NCBI GenBank assembly: GCA_964345565.1
Contig: CAYFRO010000002.1
Coordinates: 2,340-66,339, forward strand
From: an uncultured Actinomyces sp.
Lineage (GTDB): Bacteria > Actinomycetota > Actinomycetes > Actinomycetales > Actinomycetaceae
DNA: 64,000 nt
Reading direction: 5' to 3'
Positions 1-9,257 of this stretch are shown here, in pieces (the stretch's first letter is position 1; each line of letters starts with the position of its first letter). The notes below the pieces were generated by a model, which saw only the letters and a program-made list of their open reading frames with translations, did not search any database and had not been told where the DNA came from. The position numbers and the translations under genes were made by a program.

Positions 1-556
1 AAGCGAGTTCGTCAGCCTCGACTTCGGTTAGTCCCAAAGTTAGAGAGAGCTGTTCTTCCCAAGAGCTTTCAAGGACGGGCCAGCTCCGGGCGTGGATCTC
101 CGACTCAAAACGCCCCGCGACCTTGAGCGGAACGCGGACCTCCACCTTCTTCAGGGTCCTCAGGGCCACCAGGTCAGCTACTGCCACGCCCGCTTTCGTC
201 GCGTCGGTGTAAGCCCGAACAAGCCCGCCTGTGCCAAGCAACACACCCCCGAAATACCGGGTGACCACGGCGGTGACGTCAACCAGCGAATCGCCAAGCA
301 AAACCTCAAGGATCGGGGGACCCGCCGTTCCAGACGGTTCCCCGTCATCACTTGAGTGAGCCCTGTTTGGGCCCTGCTGGGACGCGATCACAAAAGCAGA
401 ACAGTTGTGACGGGCGTCGGGGAACTCGCGCTTCACCTCCGCGATGGCAGCACGAGCCTGCTCGGTCGTGTCGGTGCGCATCAAGGTTGTGATAAAACGG
501 GAGCGTTTCACGGTGATCTCGGCCCTGGCCTGGGAACCTGTGCGAAGCGTGAACAT
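1..556 (-). CDS. yigZ: YigZ/IMPACT-family (UPF0029) protein, C-terminal end cut by window edge
   Basis: Not in the ORF track because it runs off the window. My reverse-strand translation from ATG (554-556) is open down to base 1: MFTLRTGSQARAEITVKRSRFITTL..ARHNCSAFV..SSDDGEPSGTAGPPIL..VTRYFGGVLLGTGGLVRAY. These are the conserved YigZ blocks. Confidence 0.85.
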   Translation of the reverse strand, partial: MFTLRTGSQARAEITVKRSRFITTLMRTDTTEQARAAIAEVKREFPDARHNCSAFVIASQQGPNRAHSSDDGEPSGTAGPPILEVLLGDSLVDVTAVVTRYFGGVLLGTGGLVRAYTDATKAGVAVADLVALRTLKKVEVRVPLKVAGRFESEIHARSWPVLESSWEEQLSLTLGLTEVEADELA

Positions 557-706
557 GCCGACATTGTCTCACTTGGGTTACCGCTCAAGGCCCTGGCATG
601 CGAAGCTTGGGCTTGTAGGCCGCTCAGGGTGGCATTTCCCACCTGGCGGCAAGTTTTTTTGTCCGGGTCAAGGGCCCGGCTGCAACGCAGTAAGGAGCGA
701 TCAGCG

Positions 707-877
707 ATGGCAGTACCCAAGCGCAAGATGTCGCGTTCGAACACCCGCACCCGCCGCTCGTCTTGGAAGGCGGACCTGGACCAGCTTCAGACAATACGTG
801 TTGGGGGCCGTGAACTCCGCGTTCCTCGCAGGTTGGCTAAGGGCTACGAAAAAGGTCTGATCCAGCCCGAGGACTAA
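707..877 (+). CDS. rpmF: 50S ribosomal protein L32
   Basis: Internal ATG at 707 of ORF 356..877 gives MAVPKRKMSRSNTRTRRSSWKA..., the canonical L32 N-terminus. AAGGAG lies at 692-697. Confidence 0.95.
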   Translation: MAVPKRKMSRSNTRTRRSSWKADLDQLQTIRVGGRELRVPRRLAKGYEKGLIQPED

Positions 878-983
878 GCGGTCCCACGAGTTGGCCGCGC
901 GAGTCTCCCGTCTTGGCGCTATGTTTGAGACGGATCCGGTCGACTGCCGGTCCCTAAAACGTTAAACGGAAGGCTCTATAACT

Positions 984-1541
984 ATGAGTAACGATCTCAT
1001 TTCACAGGTGAGGACAACGTCCCGTACCTGGCTTGCGGTGGTGGGGTTCCTCAGCGTCGCTGCGGGCGTCATCATGCTTGTTTGGCCCGGCAAGAGCGCC
1101 ACGGTGTTCGCCGTTGGGCTCACAATCATCCTTGGTGTCTACGCGATCATCGCTGGCGTTGCCTACTTCTTTGGCGGCATCTTTGGCTCAGAGATCTCAG
1201 CCTGGGGACGCGTTGGCCGGATCCTGCTTGGCATCCTGGCCGTTGTCGCAGGCGCTCTGCTGATCGCCGAGAACCCCACGACAGCAGTATTTGTTGTTTG
1301 GTGGATCGTCATCATGATCGGCGTCGCGTGGATCTTTGAAGGTTTCCAGGCCTTCGCGGGTGTCGGCATGTCCGGCTCTAAGGGATGGGCGATCTTCTAC
1401 GGCATCGTCAGCATCCTTGCGGGCATCGCGATCATTGTGTCGCCCATGTTCGGAGCCATGGTCATGTGGATCATGATGGGCATCGCCGCTATTGCCTGGG
1501 GCATTGTGGAGTTGGTCGCAGCGATCCGCTTCCGCGGCTAG
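984..1541 (+). CDS. HdeD-family (DUF308) integral membrane protein
   Basis: 185 aa made almost entirely of about 6 hydrophobic helices with a repeated G/A/I-rich pattern typical of HdeD/DUF308. Followed by a canonical intrinsic terminator. Confidence 0.7.
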   Translation: MSNDLISQVRTTSRTWLAVVGFLSVAAGVIMLVWPGKSATVFAVGLTIILGVYAIIAGVAYFFGGIFGSEISAWGRVGRILLGILAVVAGALLIAENPTTAVFVVWWIVIMIGVAWIFEGFQAFAGVGMSGSKGWAIFYGIVSILAGIAIIVSPMFGAMVMWIMMGIAAIAWGIVELVAAIRFRG

Positions 1542-1560
1542 ACACAACAAACGACTGAAA

Positions 1561-1593
1561 GAGCGGGGTCCCGAAAGGGGCCCCGCTCTTTTT
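1561..1593 (+). terminator. Rho-independent terminator after the HdeD-like gene
   Basis: GAGCGGGGTCCC-GAAA-GGGGCCCCGCTC (12 bp stem with one G.T pair) followed by TTTTT. Confidence 0.85.
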
Positions 1594-1817
1594 GTCTCTA
1601 CACCGGTTGTCCCCGCGCCTGTTGTTCTGATGCGGGTTGTTTCTGCTACAGGAGTTCTTGTCCGGAAGGGTTGTTGTCCCCAGCACGCGTGATTGCGGGT
1701 TTTCCCCAGGCTACGGGAAGCGGGCCGCACATGCGTTCCTTGCCTAGCTACGTTTCTAGCTGTTGCCGCGCAGAGCGGCCGCAACTAACAACAACCTGAA
1801 ACGAACAGGAGCGCAGG

Positions 1818-4355
1818 ATGCGAAGGACAAAGTGGCGAACGAGGGTGGTCGGAGTGGGGGCACTAACGCTTCCACTGATGCTCAGTCTCTCTTTACAGGG
1901 GGTTGCCCAGGGGAATGAGTCCCCTGACCCCTACCAGCAAAGAGTCGATGAGCTAGCTAAGCAGCTCAGGGATCTACCTACAGACCCGCAGGGTGACTCT
2001 TTGCTGGAACCCGCAGAAGCGTCCAAACCTGGAGAATCGGAAGAAGCCTTCGAACCGGGAGAACTGGAATCGTCAGAGCCCGACAAGGCTCCCATGATGG
2101 CCAGTGCGGCTACTGCCACCGGGACACTGGGTAGCCTCGCCGGTCCAACGACGCTTCCCGGAGTCAGCCTGGGTAGCGGATACCTGTGGCGGTACGCCCT
2201 GGGTGCCGGGTCCGCCCACTGGCTCGGAGCCTTCGACATCGGAGGGAACCCCGAGTGGTGCATTGACTTCACTTCCGCCACTCCAACTGGGGCAAAGACA
2301 GCGCAAACGCCGGTGCTACAGCACCTGCCCACAGGGGTTTCGGAAGGACTCCAGCTACAAGACAACTACCAGATGGCTCACGTGCTCTCGAAGTACGGAA
2401 GCAACGAGGACGCGGGGATTCGCGCCGCAGTCTCAACCCTTGCTCACCTGAACTATGAGACCGGTGGCGGCCGGGTACATCTTCCTGGGTTCGCTAGAAC
2501 CCTGACCGACAATGGCGGCCAAGCGGGGCCCATCATTGCGCAGATGGCGCAGACCATGGCTGACGACGCCAGGAAGAACACCCCGAAATACGTTGCGGGC
2601 AAAGCAACCTTCCAGGCTTCGGAGAACCGGCAGGTCTTTGATCTGGTGGAACTTGGAGTGAAGGCGATGCCTGCCGGCACCTGGACTTCAGGTGTCGACA
2701 TGACGGTGGTCCTTACTGGCCCGGGTCTTTTCGACAAGGGTGCCGGCGGGGGTGGAACCCTGAGCAGTGACGGAAAGACTTGGAAAGGGAAAACCGCAAG
2801 TTCAGCGATCACCCTGCCCGGAACCTCAACAGGGAACGGCACGGTAAAAGCAAAAGTTACCTTTGGGACCATTGCCACCAAAACGGCTCTGGGGGCGTTT
2901 GAACGTTCGAACGGAACCCAAACCACCATCACCCAGGTCCCCGGCACCCGGGCCATTTTGGACCCGCCCCCACCAACAGACGAGCTACTGCACGACTTCC
3001 AGCCCATGCTCACCTCAAACACGGAGAAGGCCGGATCGAAGTTCATCGAGCCAGGGCAGAAGGTGATTGCTGACAGCCTTGAGGTTAAGGCAGACCCCTT
3101 GCACTCGAACCCGCTGTGGCTGGGAGAGGGCGGTGTGCTTCCCGGCAAGGACGGCTACGTCCCACTCAAAGTCAAGTTCACCGGGACCGCCTACTACACG
3201 GGCCAAAAGCCAGCAACGCCAACCAGCACTGTCCCGGCAGGTGCGGAGCCTGTAGCCCACGCTGAGCTGGTGGCGGCAGGGCCGGGGACCTATCGGGTAG
3301 AGGCCGAATACGAGGCCGAACCGGGCTTTATCGTCTGGGTTTGGAAGATGGAAGCTGCGGCCCAGCCCCAGATCGCCAAGGAAGACCTGCACATGATTGC
3401 GGGAGACTGGTCAGACGGTTACGGGGTCGACAGCGAACACTCCTCGACTCGCTACGACGGCAAAGTGGAATCGAACCTGACAGTAAAACCAACGATTGAC
3501 AACACCTACCTGGTAGATGACGTCTGGATCTCAGGACTACCCGAAGACCACCCCAGTTTCAAAGGAGGGGCCGGCTACGGTGCTGACACGGAAGTCATTG
3601 AGCAGCACCTGTACTTCTGGCCGGAAGGCGTAGAAGTCTTGGATCTGGCTGACGCCACCCAGGTGGGGAAAACTCTGACGATTCCCGCTAAGAACGGTGT
3701 CTACCTGGGTCAGGCGGACCTTTCTTGGAAACTGCTGCTGGACGAGGCTGGTCGCCCAAAGCGTGGCACCTACCAGGTGGTCCACACCTTTGCCGGAGAC
3801 GACCGGGTCCTGCCGTTCGTGAGCACGATCCCAGACGTGACCGAGCAGTACACAATCACGGGTGACCCCCAGATTGGAACAACCGCGACCGGCCCAGAGA
3901 ACAAGAAGGTTGTGCCAGCAACCAAGGAAGCGACGATCAAGGACACCGTCTGCTACCTGGACCTGAAACCAGGAACCGAATACACCCTGAAGGGGAAACT
4001 CATGGAGGCGGCCAGCGGGAAAGAGCTGCTTTCAGGTGGCAAGGAAGTGACCTCCAAACTGGTTTTCACTCCCGATTCAGCTGACGGTTGCGTCGACGTC
4101 CAGTTCACGTTCGACTCCCGCGCTCTTGAAGGGACAAGCATCGTTGTCTTCGAAGAGCTGTGGGAGAAACAGAAACAGGTCACGGTTCATGCCGACCTGA
4201 AAGACCGGGGCCAAACCGTTTCCGTCCCTCCCACAAAGAGGCCCCCGACGCTAGCAAAGACCGGAGCAAACTCGACTGCGCTCTGGGCTCTGGGAGCAGT
4301 GGCTGTGGCGTCTGGAGCTGCTTTGACGCTAGTGGCGCGACGAGCCCGCAGATAG
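1818..4355 (+). CDS. Cell-wall-anchored surface adhesin (LAxTG sortase signal) with a C-terminal Thr-Gln ester-bond (VaFE-type) Ig-like domain
   Basis: N-terminal signal peptide (MRRTKWRTRVVGVGALTLPLMLSLSLQGVAQG). C-terminal LAKTG (4251-4265), then a hydrophobic stretch and an RRARR tail. IGTTATG ... IVVFEEL ... HADLKDRGQTV matches the T / HxDxxDxxQ ester cross-link domain signature. Confidence 0.85.
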   Translation: MRRTKWRTRVVGVGALTLPLMLSLSLQGVAQGNESPDPYQQRVDELAKQLRDLPTDPQGDSLLEPAEASKPGESEEAFEPGELESSEPDKAPMMASAATATGTLGSLAGPTTLPGVSLGSGYLWRYALGAGSAHWLGAFDIGGNPEWCIDFTSATPTGAKTAQTPVLQHLPTGVSEGLQLQDNYQMAHVLSKYGSNEDAGIRAAVSTLAHLNYETGGGRVHLPGFARTLTDNGGQAGPIIAQMAQTMADDARKNTPKYVAGKATFQASENRQVFDLVELGVKAMPAGTWTSGVDMTVVLTGPGLFDKGAGGGGTLSSDGKTWKGKTASSAITLPGTSTGNGTVKAKVTFGTIATKTALGAFERSNGTQTTITQVPGTRAILDPPPPTDELLHDFQPMLTSNTEKAGSKFIEPGQKVIADSLEVKADPLHSNPLWLGEGGVLPGKDGYVPLKVKFTGTAYYTGQKPATPTSTVPAGAEPVAHAELVAAGPGTYRVEAEYEAEPGFIVWVWKMEAAAQPQIAKEDLHMIAGDWSDGYGVDSEHSSTRYDGKVESNLTVKPTIDNTYLVDDVWISGLPEDHPSFKGGAGYGADTEVIEQHLYFWPEGVEVLDLADATQVGKTLTIPAKNGVYLGQADLSWKLLLDEAGRPKRGTYQVVHTFAGDDRVLPFVSTIPDVTEQYTITGDPQIGTTATGPENKKVVPATKEATIKDTVCYLDLKPGTEYTLKGKLMEAASGKELLSGGKEVTSKLVFTPDSADGCVDVQFTFDSRALEGTSIVVFEELWEKQKQVTVHADLKDRGQTVSVPPTKRPPTLAKTGANSTALWALGAVAVASGAALTLVARRARR

Positions 4356-4412
4356 ACAGACAAAAGCCCGTAGGTAGACGCATAGAGAGGTAGCCTTCGA
4401 GCTTCAAACCGC

Positions 4413-4442
4413 GGCGGACCCCGGAATTTACCGGGGTCCGCC
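4413..4442 (+). terminator. Stem-loop terminator after the adhesin gene
   Basis: Perfect 12 bp stem GGCGGACCCCGG-AATTTA-CCGGGGTCCGCC located 58 nt after the stop. No U-tract, which is common in high-GC genomes. Confidence 0.6.
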
Positions 4443-4489
4443 GTGAACTCAAACACCCGCGTTTTTTCCGGGCCTTCCTTTCGTTAACC

Positions 4490-5281
4490 TTGGAACTACA
4501 TGGAAGCGACAAGGAAAGGCGCCCGTTGCAAGACAGCAAAAGCTTGGCCCACAAGGTTGAAAATGGGGAAGTAACCGCACTGCTTTTTGACCTAGATGGC
4601 GTGCTCACGCCTACGACTGACCTGCACAAGGCCGCATGGTCAGACCTCTTTACTCCCTTCCTGGAGGCCCGCGGCGTGGCCCCTTACACGGAAGATGACT
4701 ACTACGCGCACATCGACGGCAAGGCCCGAATCGACGGGGTCGCTTCCCTGCTCGCTTCCCGTGGAATAAGCCTGCCCCCGGGCGGACCGGAGCAGGGTGA
4801 GGCCAGTGGCCCCACCATTTGGGGGATGGCAGAAGACAAGAACGCTAACTTTGCTTCAATCCTGCAGACAGAAGGGATCACCCCTTACCCGGGTTCTGCG
4901 GCGTTCCTGGAGCACGTCGCTCGCTTCGAGATTCCCATGGCAGTCGTTTCCTCGTCCAAAAACGCCAGGGACGTCTTGGAACTGAGCGGGCTCGCGGACT
5001 ATTTCCCGGTCGTGGTTGACGGCGTTTACGCGGTGGAACAAGGTTTGCCCGGCAAGCCGTTCCCGGACACCTACCTGGCGGCAGCGAGCCTGGTGGGTAG
5101 CTCCCCGGAACAAGCAATTGTCTTTGAGGACGCGCTGTCCGGCGTCGCGGCTGGGCGGGCCGGCCACTTCGCACACGTCGTAGGGGTTGACCGGGGCGCG
5201 GGAGCTCAGGCGCTCCGGGCTTCCGGGGCCACTGTGGTCGTGTCCGACTTGTCAGAGCTAATCCCGGCGGGTCCGGCATGA
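4490..5281 (+). CDS. Beta-phosphoglucomutase-family HAD hydrolase
   Basis: HAD motif I LLFDLDGVLTPT, later SSSKN and EDALSGVAAGRAG. ATGA overlap with the downstream GH65 gene. TTG start at 4490 is uncertain (there is no in-frame ATG before the DxDG motif). Confidence 0.8.
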   Translation: MELHGSDKERRPLQDSKSLAHKVENGEVTALLFDLDGVLTPTTDLHKAAWSDLFTPFLEARGVAPYTEDDYYAHIDGKARIDGVASLLASRGISLPPGGPEQGEASGPTIWGMAEDKNANFASILQTEGITPYPGSAAFLEHVARFEIPMAVVSSSKNARDVLELSGLADYFPVVVDGVYAVEQGLPGKPFPDTYLAAASLVGSSPEQAIVFEDALSGVAAGRAGHFAHVVGVDRGAGAQALRASGATVVVSDLSELIPAGPA

Positions 5282-7824
5282 TCCAGGGAGTCGAAGGGAT
5301 TCTAAAAGCCCAACACCTGTTGGACGGTGGGGGGCCGTGGACAGTTGTTACCAACGCCGAAGACGCCTCGCCCGCAACTTCAGCCCTGCTTGCGCTTGCG
5401 AACGGCTACCTGGGGCTGCGCGGTCAGATCGGACTGCGGATCCAAGAAGGTGAAAGCGCAACGACACTCCTGGCCGGCTTCCATGAGACCTGGCCGATCA
5501 TCCACGCAGAAAACGCGTACGGCCTCGCCCGCGTCGGCCAGACGCTACTCTCCCTTCCGGACGCGACAGGGCTAGAAGTGTTCGTAAATGGGGAGCGCGT
5601 TGGCTTCAAAGAGGGGCGCGTTTTAGAAGCTGAACGGCGCCTCGACATGCGTCGCGGCGTTCTTACCGATTCGGTGCTTTGGGAGGGGAGCGACGGGGTC
5701 AAGCTTCAACTTGAGCAACGTGCTGCCGTGTCGATCACCCAGCCCGGTCTTGCCACAATCGAGTTGTCCGTGGAATCACTAGAGGGACCCGCGGACATCC
5801 GGGTCAGTTCAGTGATCGAAGAGTCCCACCACTGGAGCTCCTCCGGATCAGAAGAAGAAGCGACGATGAGCGACCCGCGGGGAGCGGCCGACGTGACCGC
5901 GAACCTCAACGTCATCTCGAGAGGCTTAGAGCAGGGCAGCGGCAGCCTAGTTTTTCGGGCCCAAAGCTCCAAAATGATGGCCGCCCTTAGCTACAGCGAT
6001 GAAGTCTCATTCACCGTTGCAAACGGAGAGCCTTCTTCTGTTCTGGTGAGTGAAGAACACGACGGGCAGGCGAGTCGGGTCCACTACGACACGGCCGTCA
6101 GGAAAGGTGAGAGGTTCCGCGTTGGGAAATGGCTGAGCTACGCCCGTTCGGACGTGATCAGTGAACCCAAGGGTTCTACTGCTGATCAGGAGGGCGCCGT
6201 TGTTTCCACGGAGCTCGCTGAAGCAATCGCTACCCTCACCAAGGTGACACAGGAAACGCTGAGCTCATACCAGGGCGCCGGCATGGAAGCTTTCTTCGAT
6301 GGTCAAGCCCTCGCTTTCTTCGAGCTATGGGAGAACCACGACATCGAGATAGTCGGTGACAAGGAAGCCGAAAAGGCGCTGCGGTGGACCCTTTTCCAGC
6401 TGATCCAAAGTAGCCGCCTGCTGGACGGCACCAGTGTCTCTGTGAAGGGCCTTTCGGGGACCGGCTACGACGGCCACTACTTTTGGGACACCGAAATCTA
6501 CCTGCTTCCGTTCCTAACCTTCACTGCACCCGAGTCGGCACGCACTGCCCTGGGGTACCGCTACAAGCTCCTAGATGCCGCCCGCGCCCGGGCCGCCATG
6601 ATGAATCAGAAGGGAGCCTTGTTTCCCTGGAGGACCATCAGCGGAGAGGAAGCTTCCGCCTACTATCCGGCAGGAACCGCGCAGTACCACATCAACGCGG
6701 ACATCGCGTATGCGGTGGATCAATACGTCCGGGTGACGGGTGACGGCAACTACCTGGTCGAGGAAGGGTTTGAGATCCTGGTCGAGACCGCCCGTCTTTG
6801 GGCTGACTTGGGGTTTTGGGACCAGCCCAGCCAGGGTTCCTCGCCCCAGTTCCACATCTTTGGGGTTACGGGCCCGGACGAATACACGGCCGTTGTGGAC
6901 GACAACTTCTACACGAACGTCATGGCAAGGGAAAACTTGCGGAACGCACTGTTTTGGGCGTCCTGGATGGACCGGACCCGGCACGGGGACTACGTGCGGC
7001 TCCGCGAACAACTGGGGCTCACCGATGCTGAACTGCTTGAGTTCCGCAGGATAGAACGCGGCATGCACATCCCCTTTGACCGCGAAGTGGGGGTGCACGC
7101 CCAGGACAACAGTTTCCTTCGTAAGCCGCGATGGGACTTCGATTCGGTGCCCAGAGAGAACTATCCGCTACTTCTGAACTATCACCCACTGGTCATTTAC
7201 CGCCACCAGGTGATCAAACAGGCGGACGTGATCCTGGCACTCTACCTTTCGGGGGAACAGTTCCCGCTGGACCAGAGGCGTGCCGACTTTGAGTACTACG
7301 ACCCGTTGACGACGGGGGATTCCTCGTTGTCTGCTGCTTCCCAATCGATTGTTGCGGCGGACGTTGGATACACGGAGCTTGCTCGCGACTACTTTGACCG
7401 CGCCCTATACGTTGACCTGGCCGACCTGCATGGGAACACGGACCTGGGCCTTCACTTGGCTTCGCTGGGCGGCGCGTGGTCTGCGGCAGTTATGGGTTTT
7501 GGTGGGGTGCGACTTGCGCGCGGCAGGTTGAAGATCTGTCCGAACCTGCCACCCCAATGGAAACAACTGAAGTTCCGTGTGTGTTTTCGAGGGAACTGGG
7601 TTTCGGTGGTGGCAACCAGGGACTCGGTGCAGGTGACACTGGACGCGGACGCGACCTCGTCCATGTCCGTACTGATCGGGAATCGCCCGTTCTCGCTGCT
7701 TCCAGGCAGGACGGTTGACGTGGCGTTGGACTCCGAGGACTTTTCGGCTGAGGACGTGGAAGAGGAGATGGGACGTTTCGCGGACCTGGAGCCCTTGGAA
7801 CTGCCTCCAGGAGCTGAAGACTGA
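5278..7824 (+). CDS. Glycoside hydrolase family 65 disaccharide phosphorylase (maltose/trehalose/kojibiose type, specificity not determinable)
   Basis: 848 aa. GH65 catalytic-domain blocks GLSGTGYDGHYFWDTEIYLLPF and PWRTISGEE. Coupled to the beta-PGM-family gene, as is usual for GH65 phosphorylases. Confidence 0.9.
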   Translation: MIQGVEGILKAQHLLDGGGPWTVVTNAEDASPATSALLALANGYLGLRGQIGLRIQEGESATTLLAGFHETWPIIHAENAYGLARVGQTLLSLPDATGLEVFVNGERVGFKEGRVLEAERRLDMRRGVLTDSVLWEGSDGVKLQLEQRAAVSITQPGLATIELSVESLEGPADIRVSSVIEESHHWSSSGSEEEATMSDPRGAADVTANLNVISRGLEQGSGSLVFRAQSSKMMAALSYSDEVSFTVANGEPSSVLVSEEHDGQASRVHYDTAVRKGERFRVGKWLSYARSDVISEPKGSTADQEGAVVSTELAEAIATLTKVTQETLSSYQGAGMEAFFDGQALAFFELWENHDIEIVGDKEAEKALRWTLFQLIQSSRLLDGTSVSVKGLSGTGYDGHYFWDTEIYLLPFLTFTAPESARTALGYRYKLLDAARARAAMMNQKGALFPWRTISGEEASAYYPAGTAQYHINADIAYAVDQYVRVTGDGNYLVEEGFEILVETARLWADLGFWDQPSQGSSPQFHIFGVTGPDEYTAVVDDNFYTNVMARENLRNALFWASWMDRTRHGDYVRLREQLGLTDAELLEFRRIERGMHIPFDREVGVHAQDNSFLRKPRWDFDSVPRENYPLLLNYHPLVIYRHQVIKQADVILALYLSGEQFPLDQRRADFEYYDPLTTGDSSLSAASQSIVAADVGYTELARDYFDRALYVDLADLHGNTDLGLHLASLGGAWSAAVMGFGGVRLARGRLKICPNLPPQWKQLKFRVCFRGNWVSVVATRDSVQVTLDADATSSMSVLIGNRPFSLLPGRTVDVALDSEDFSAEDVEEEMGRFADLEPLELPPGAED

Positions 7825-7825
7825 G

Positions 7826-7898
7826 CACCCCCGGCGCGATTCGAACGCGCGACCATCAGATTAGAAGTCTGGTGCTCTATCCACTGAGCTACGGGGGC
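7826..7898 (-). tRNA. tRNA-Arg (anticodon TCT)
   Basis: Reverse strand reads GCCCCCGTAGCTCAGTGGATAGAGCACCAGACTTCTAATCTGATGGTCGCGCGTTCGAATCGCGCCGGGGGTG. D arm GCTC/GAGC, anticodon loop CTTCTAA, T arm GCGCG-TTCGAAT-CGCGC, 7 bp acceptor stem. CCA is not encoded. Confidence 0.9.
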
Positions 7899-7932
7899 AA
7901 GACGCCGCAGGTAGAAGAATACTCTCCCGCGC

Positions 7933-9207
7933 CTAAATCAGGAACCTGAGCAGCTCGGAGTCGGGGTCCAGCTCGTCGATCTGCAGGTCGGATTCGGCCA
8001 TCCGCTGGCGGAGCCCCGCCAGGTCTTCGCGGGCGTGGATGTCGATTCCCACCAGGGCAGGCCCGGTTTCGCGGCTGTTCTTCTTCGTGTATTCGAAGTA
8101 GAGGATGTCGTCGTCGGGCCCCAGGATCTGGTCCAGGAAGTCGCGGAGGGCCCCGGGCCTTTGGGGGAAGGAAACCAGGAAGTAGTGGCGCAGACCCTGG
8201 TACACAAGGGAGCGTTCCTGGACTTCGGCGTATCGGGAAAGGTCGTTGTTTCCTCCGGAGACGATCGCAACGGTCGTTCCTTGCAACTCGAGTTCGGGAA
8301 GTTCCCCCGCGGCCGCCATCGCGATCGCGGCTGATGCCAACGCCCCGGCGGGCTCGGCGATGATTCCATCAGTGTGGTACAAGTCAAGCATTTCCTTGCC
8401 GACTGCACCTTCTGGGACCGTGACAATCTGGTCGACCAACGATCCGATTATGGCGTGCGACAGGTCGCCCGCACGCCGTACGGCGGTCCCGTCAACGAAC
8501 CCGTCGATGTCTTCCAAGGTTGTGGGTTGCCCGGCTTCCAGGGCTGCGGCCATCGATGCGGCGCCCCTGGGCTCCACGCCGATGACGCGGACGCTCGGGC
8601 GGTTCGTTTTGAGCCAGGCTGCCATGCCCGCCAAAAGGCCTCCGCCGCCAACGGGGATCAGGACCGTCCCCAGGTCTGAGCCAAGCTGGTTTGAGATCTC
8701 TTTTGCGATCGAACCCTGGCCGGCCATAACGTCCGGGTCATCGAACGGGTGGACATAGATGCGCCCTGTTTCGGTGGCGTCCGACTTCGCGGCGGCCTGT
8801 GCTTCATCGAACGGGCCGTGAACGAAGACCATTTGGACGTGGTCGCCACCCAAACTTTCGATGCGGTCCCGTTTTTGGCGTGGGGTGGACGAGGGGAGGT
8901 AAATGGTCCCGTCAATCCCAAGTTCAGAGCAGGCGAGTGCAACGCCTTGCGCGTGGTTCCCTGCCGAAGCACACACGACCCCGTGCTCCCGTTCCTGCTG
9001 CGAGAGACGCGCGATCTTGTTGTAGGCCCCACGCATCTTGAAAGACCTGCATCGCTGCAGATCCTCGCGCTTCACCACCACGGGAACGCCTGCGACGTCA
9101 GAGAGGCGCTCGATAGGTTGGATAGGGGTGAGCCTGGCGACGCCATCCAGTAGACGGGCGGCGTCTTCTACCCTGGCAGCGGTCACGGTCTGTTTTGTCT
9201 CACTCAC
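7933..9207 (-). CDS. ilvA: Threonine ammonia-lyase (threonine dehydratase)
   Basis: PLP-lysine block CRSFKMRGAYN, glycine loop IPVGGGGLLAG, and one C-terminal ACT-like regulatory domain. GTG start. Confidence 0.9.
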   Translation of the reverse strand: MSETKQTVTAARVEDAARLLDGVARLTPIQPIERLSDVAGVPVVVKREDLQRCRSFKMRGAYNKIARLSQQEREHGVVCASAGNHAQGVALACSELGIDGTIYLPSSTPRQKRDRIESLGGDHVQMVFVHGPFDEAQAAAKSDATETGRIYVHPFDDPDVMAGQGSIAKEISNQLGSDLGTVLIPVGGGGLLAGMAAWLKTNRPSVRVIGVEPRGAASMAAALEAGQPTTLEDIDGFVDGTAVRRAGDLSHAIIGSLVDQIVTVPEGAVGKEMLDLYHTDGIIAEPAGALASAAIAMAAAGELPELELQGTTVAIVSGGNNDLSRYAEVQERSLVYQGLRHYFLVSFPQRPGALRDFLDQILGPDDDILYFEYTKKNSRETGPALVGIDIHAREDLAGLRQRMAESDLQIDELDPDSELLRFLI

Positions 9208-9257
9208 GTCGCCCAGTGTACGACCCGCCTCGCAAGTCCTTGGAAACCCGGACTATC

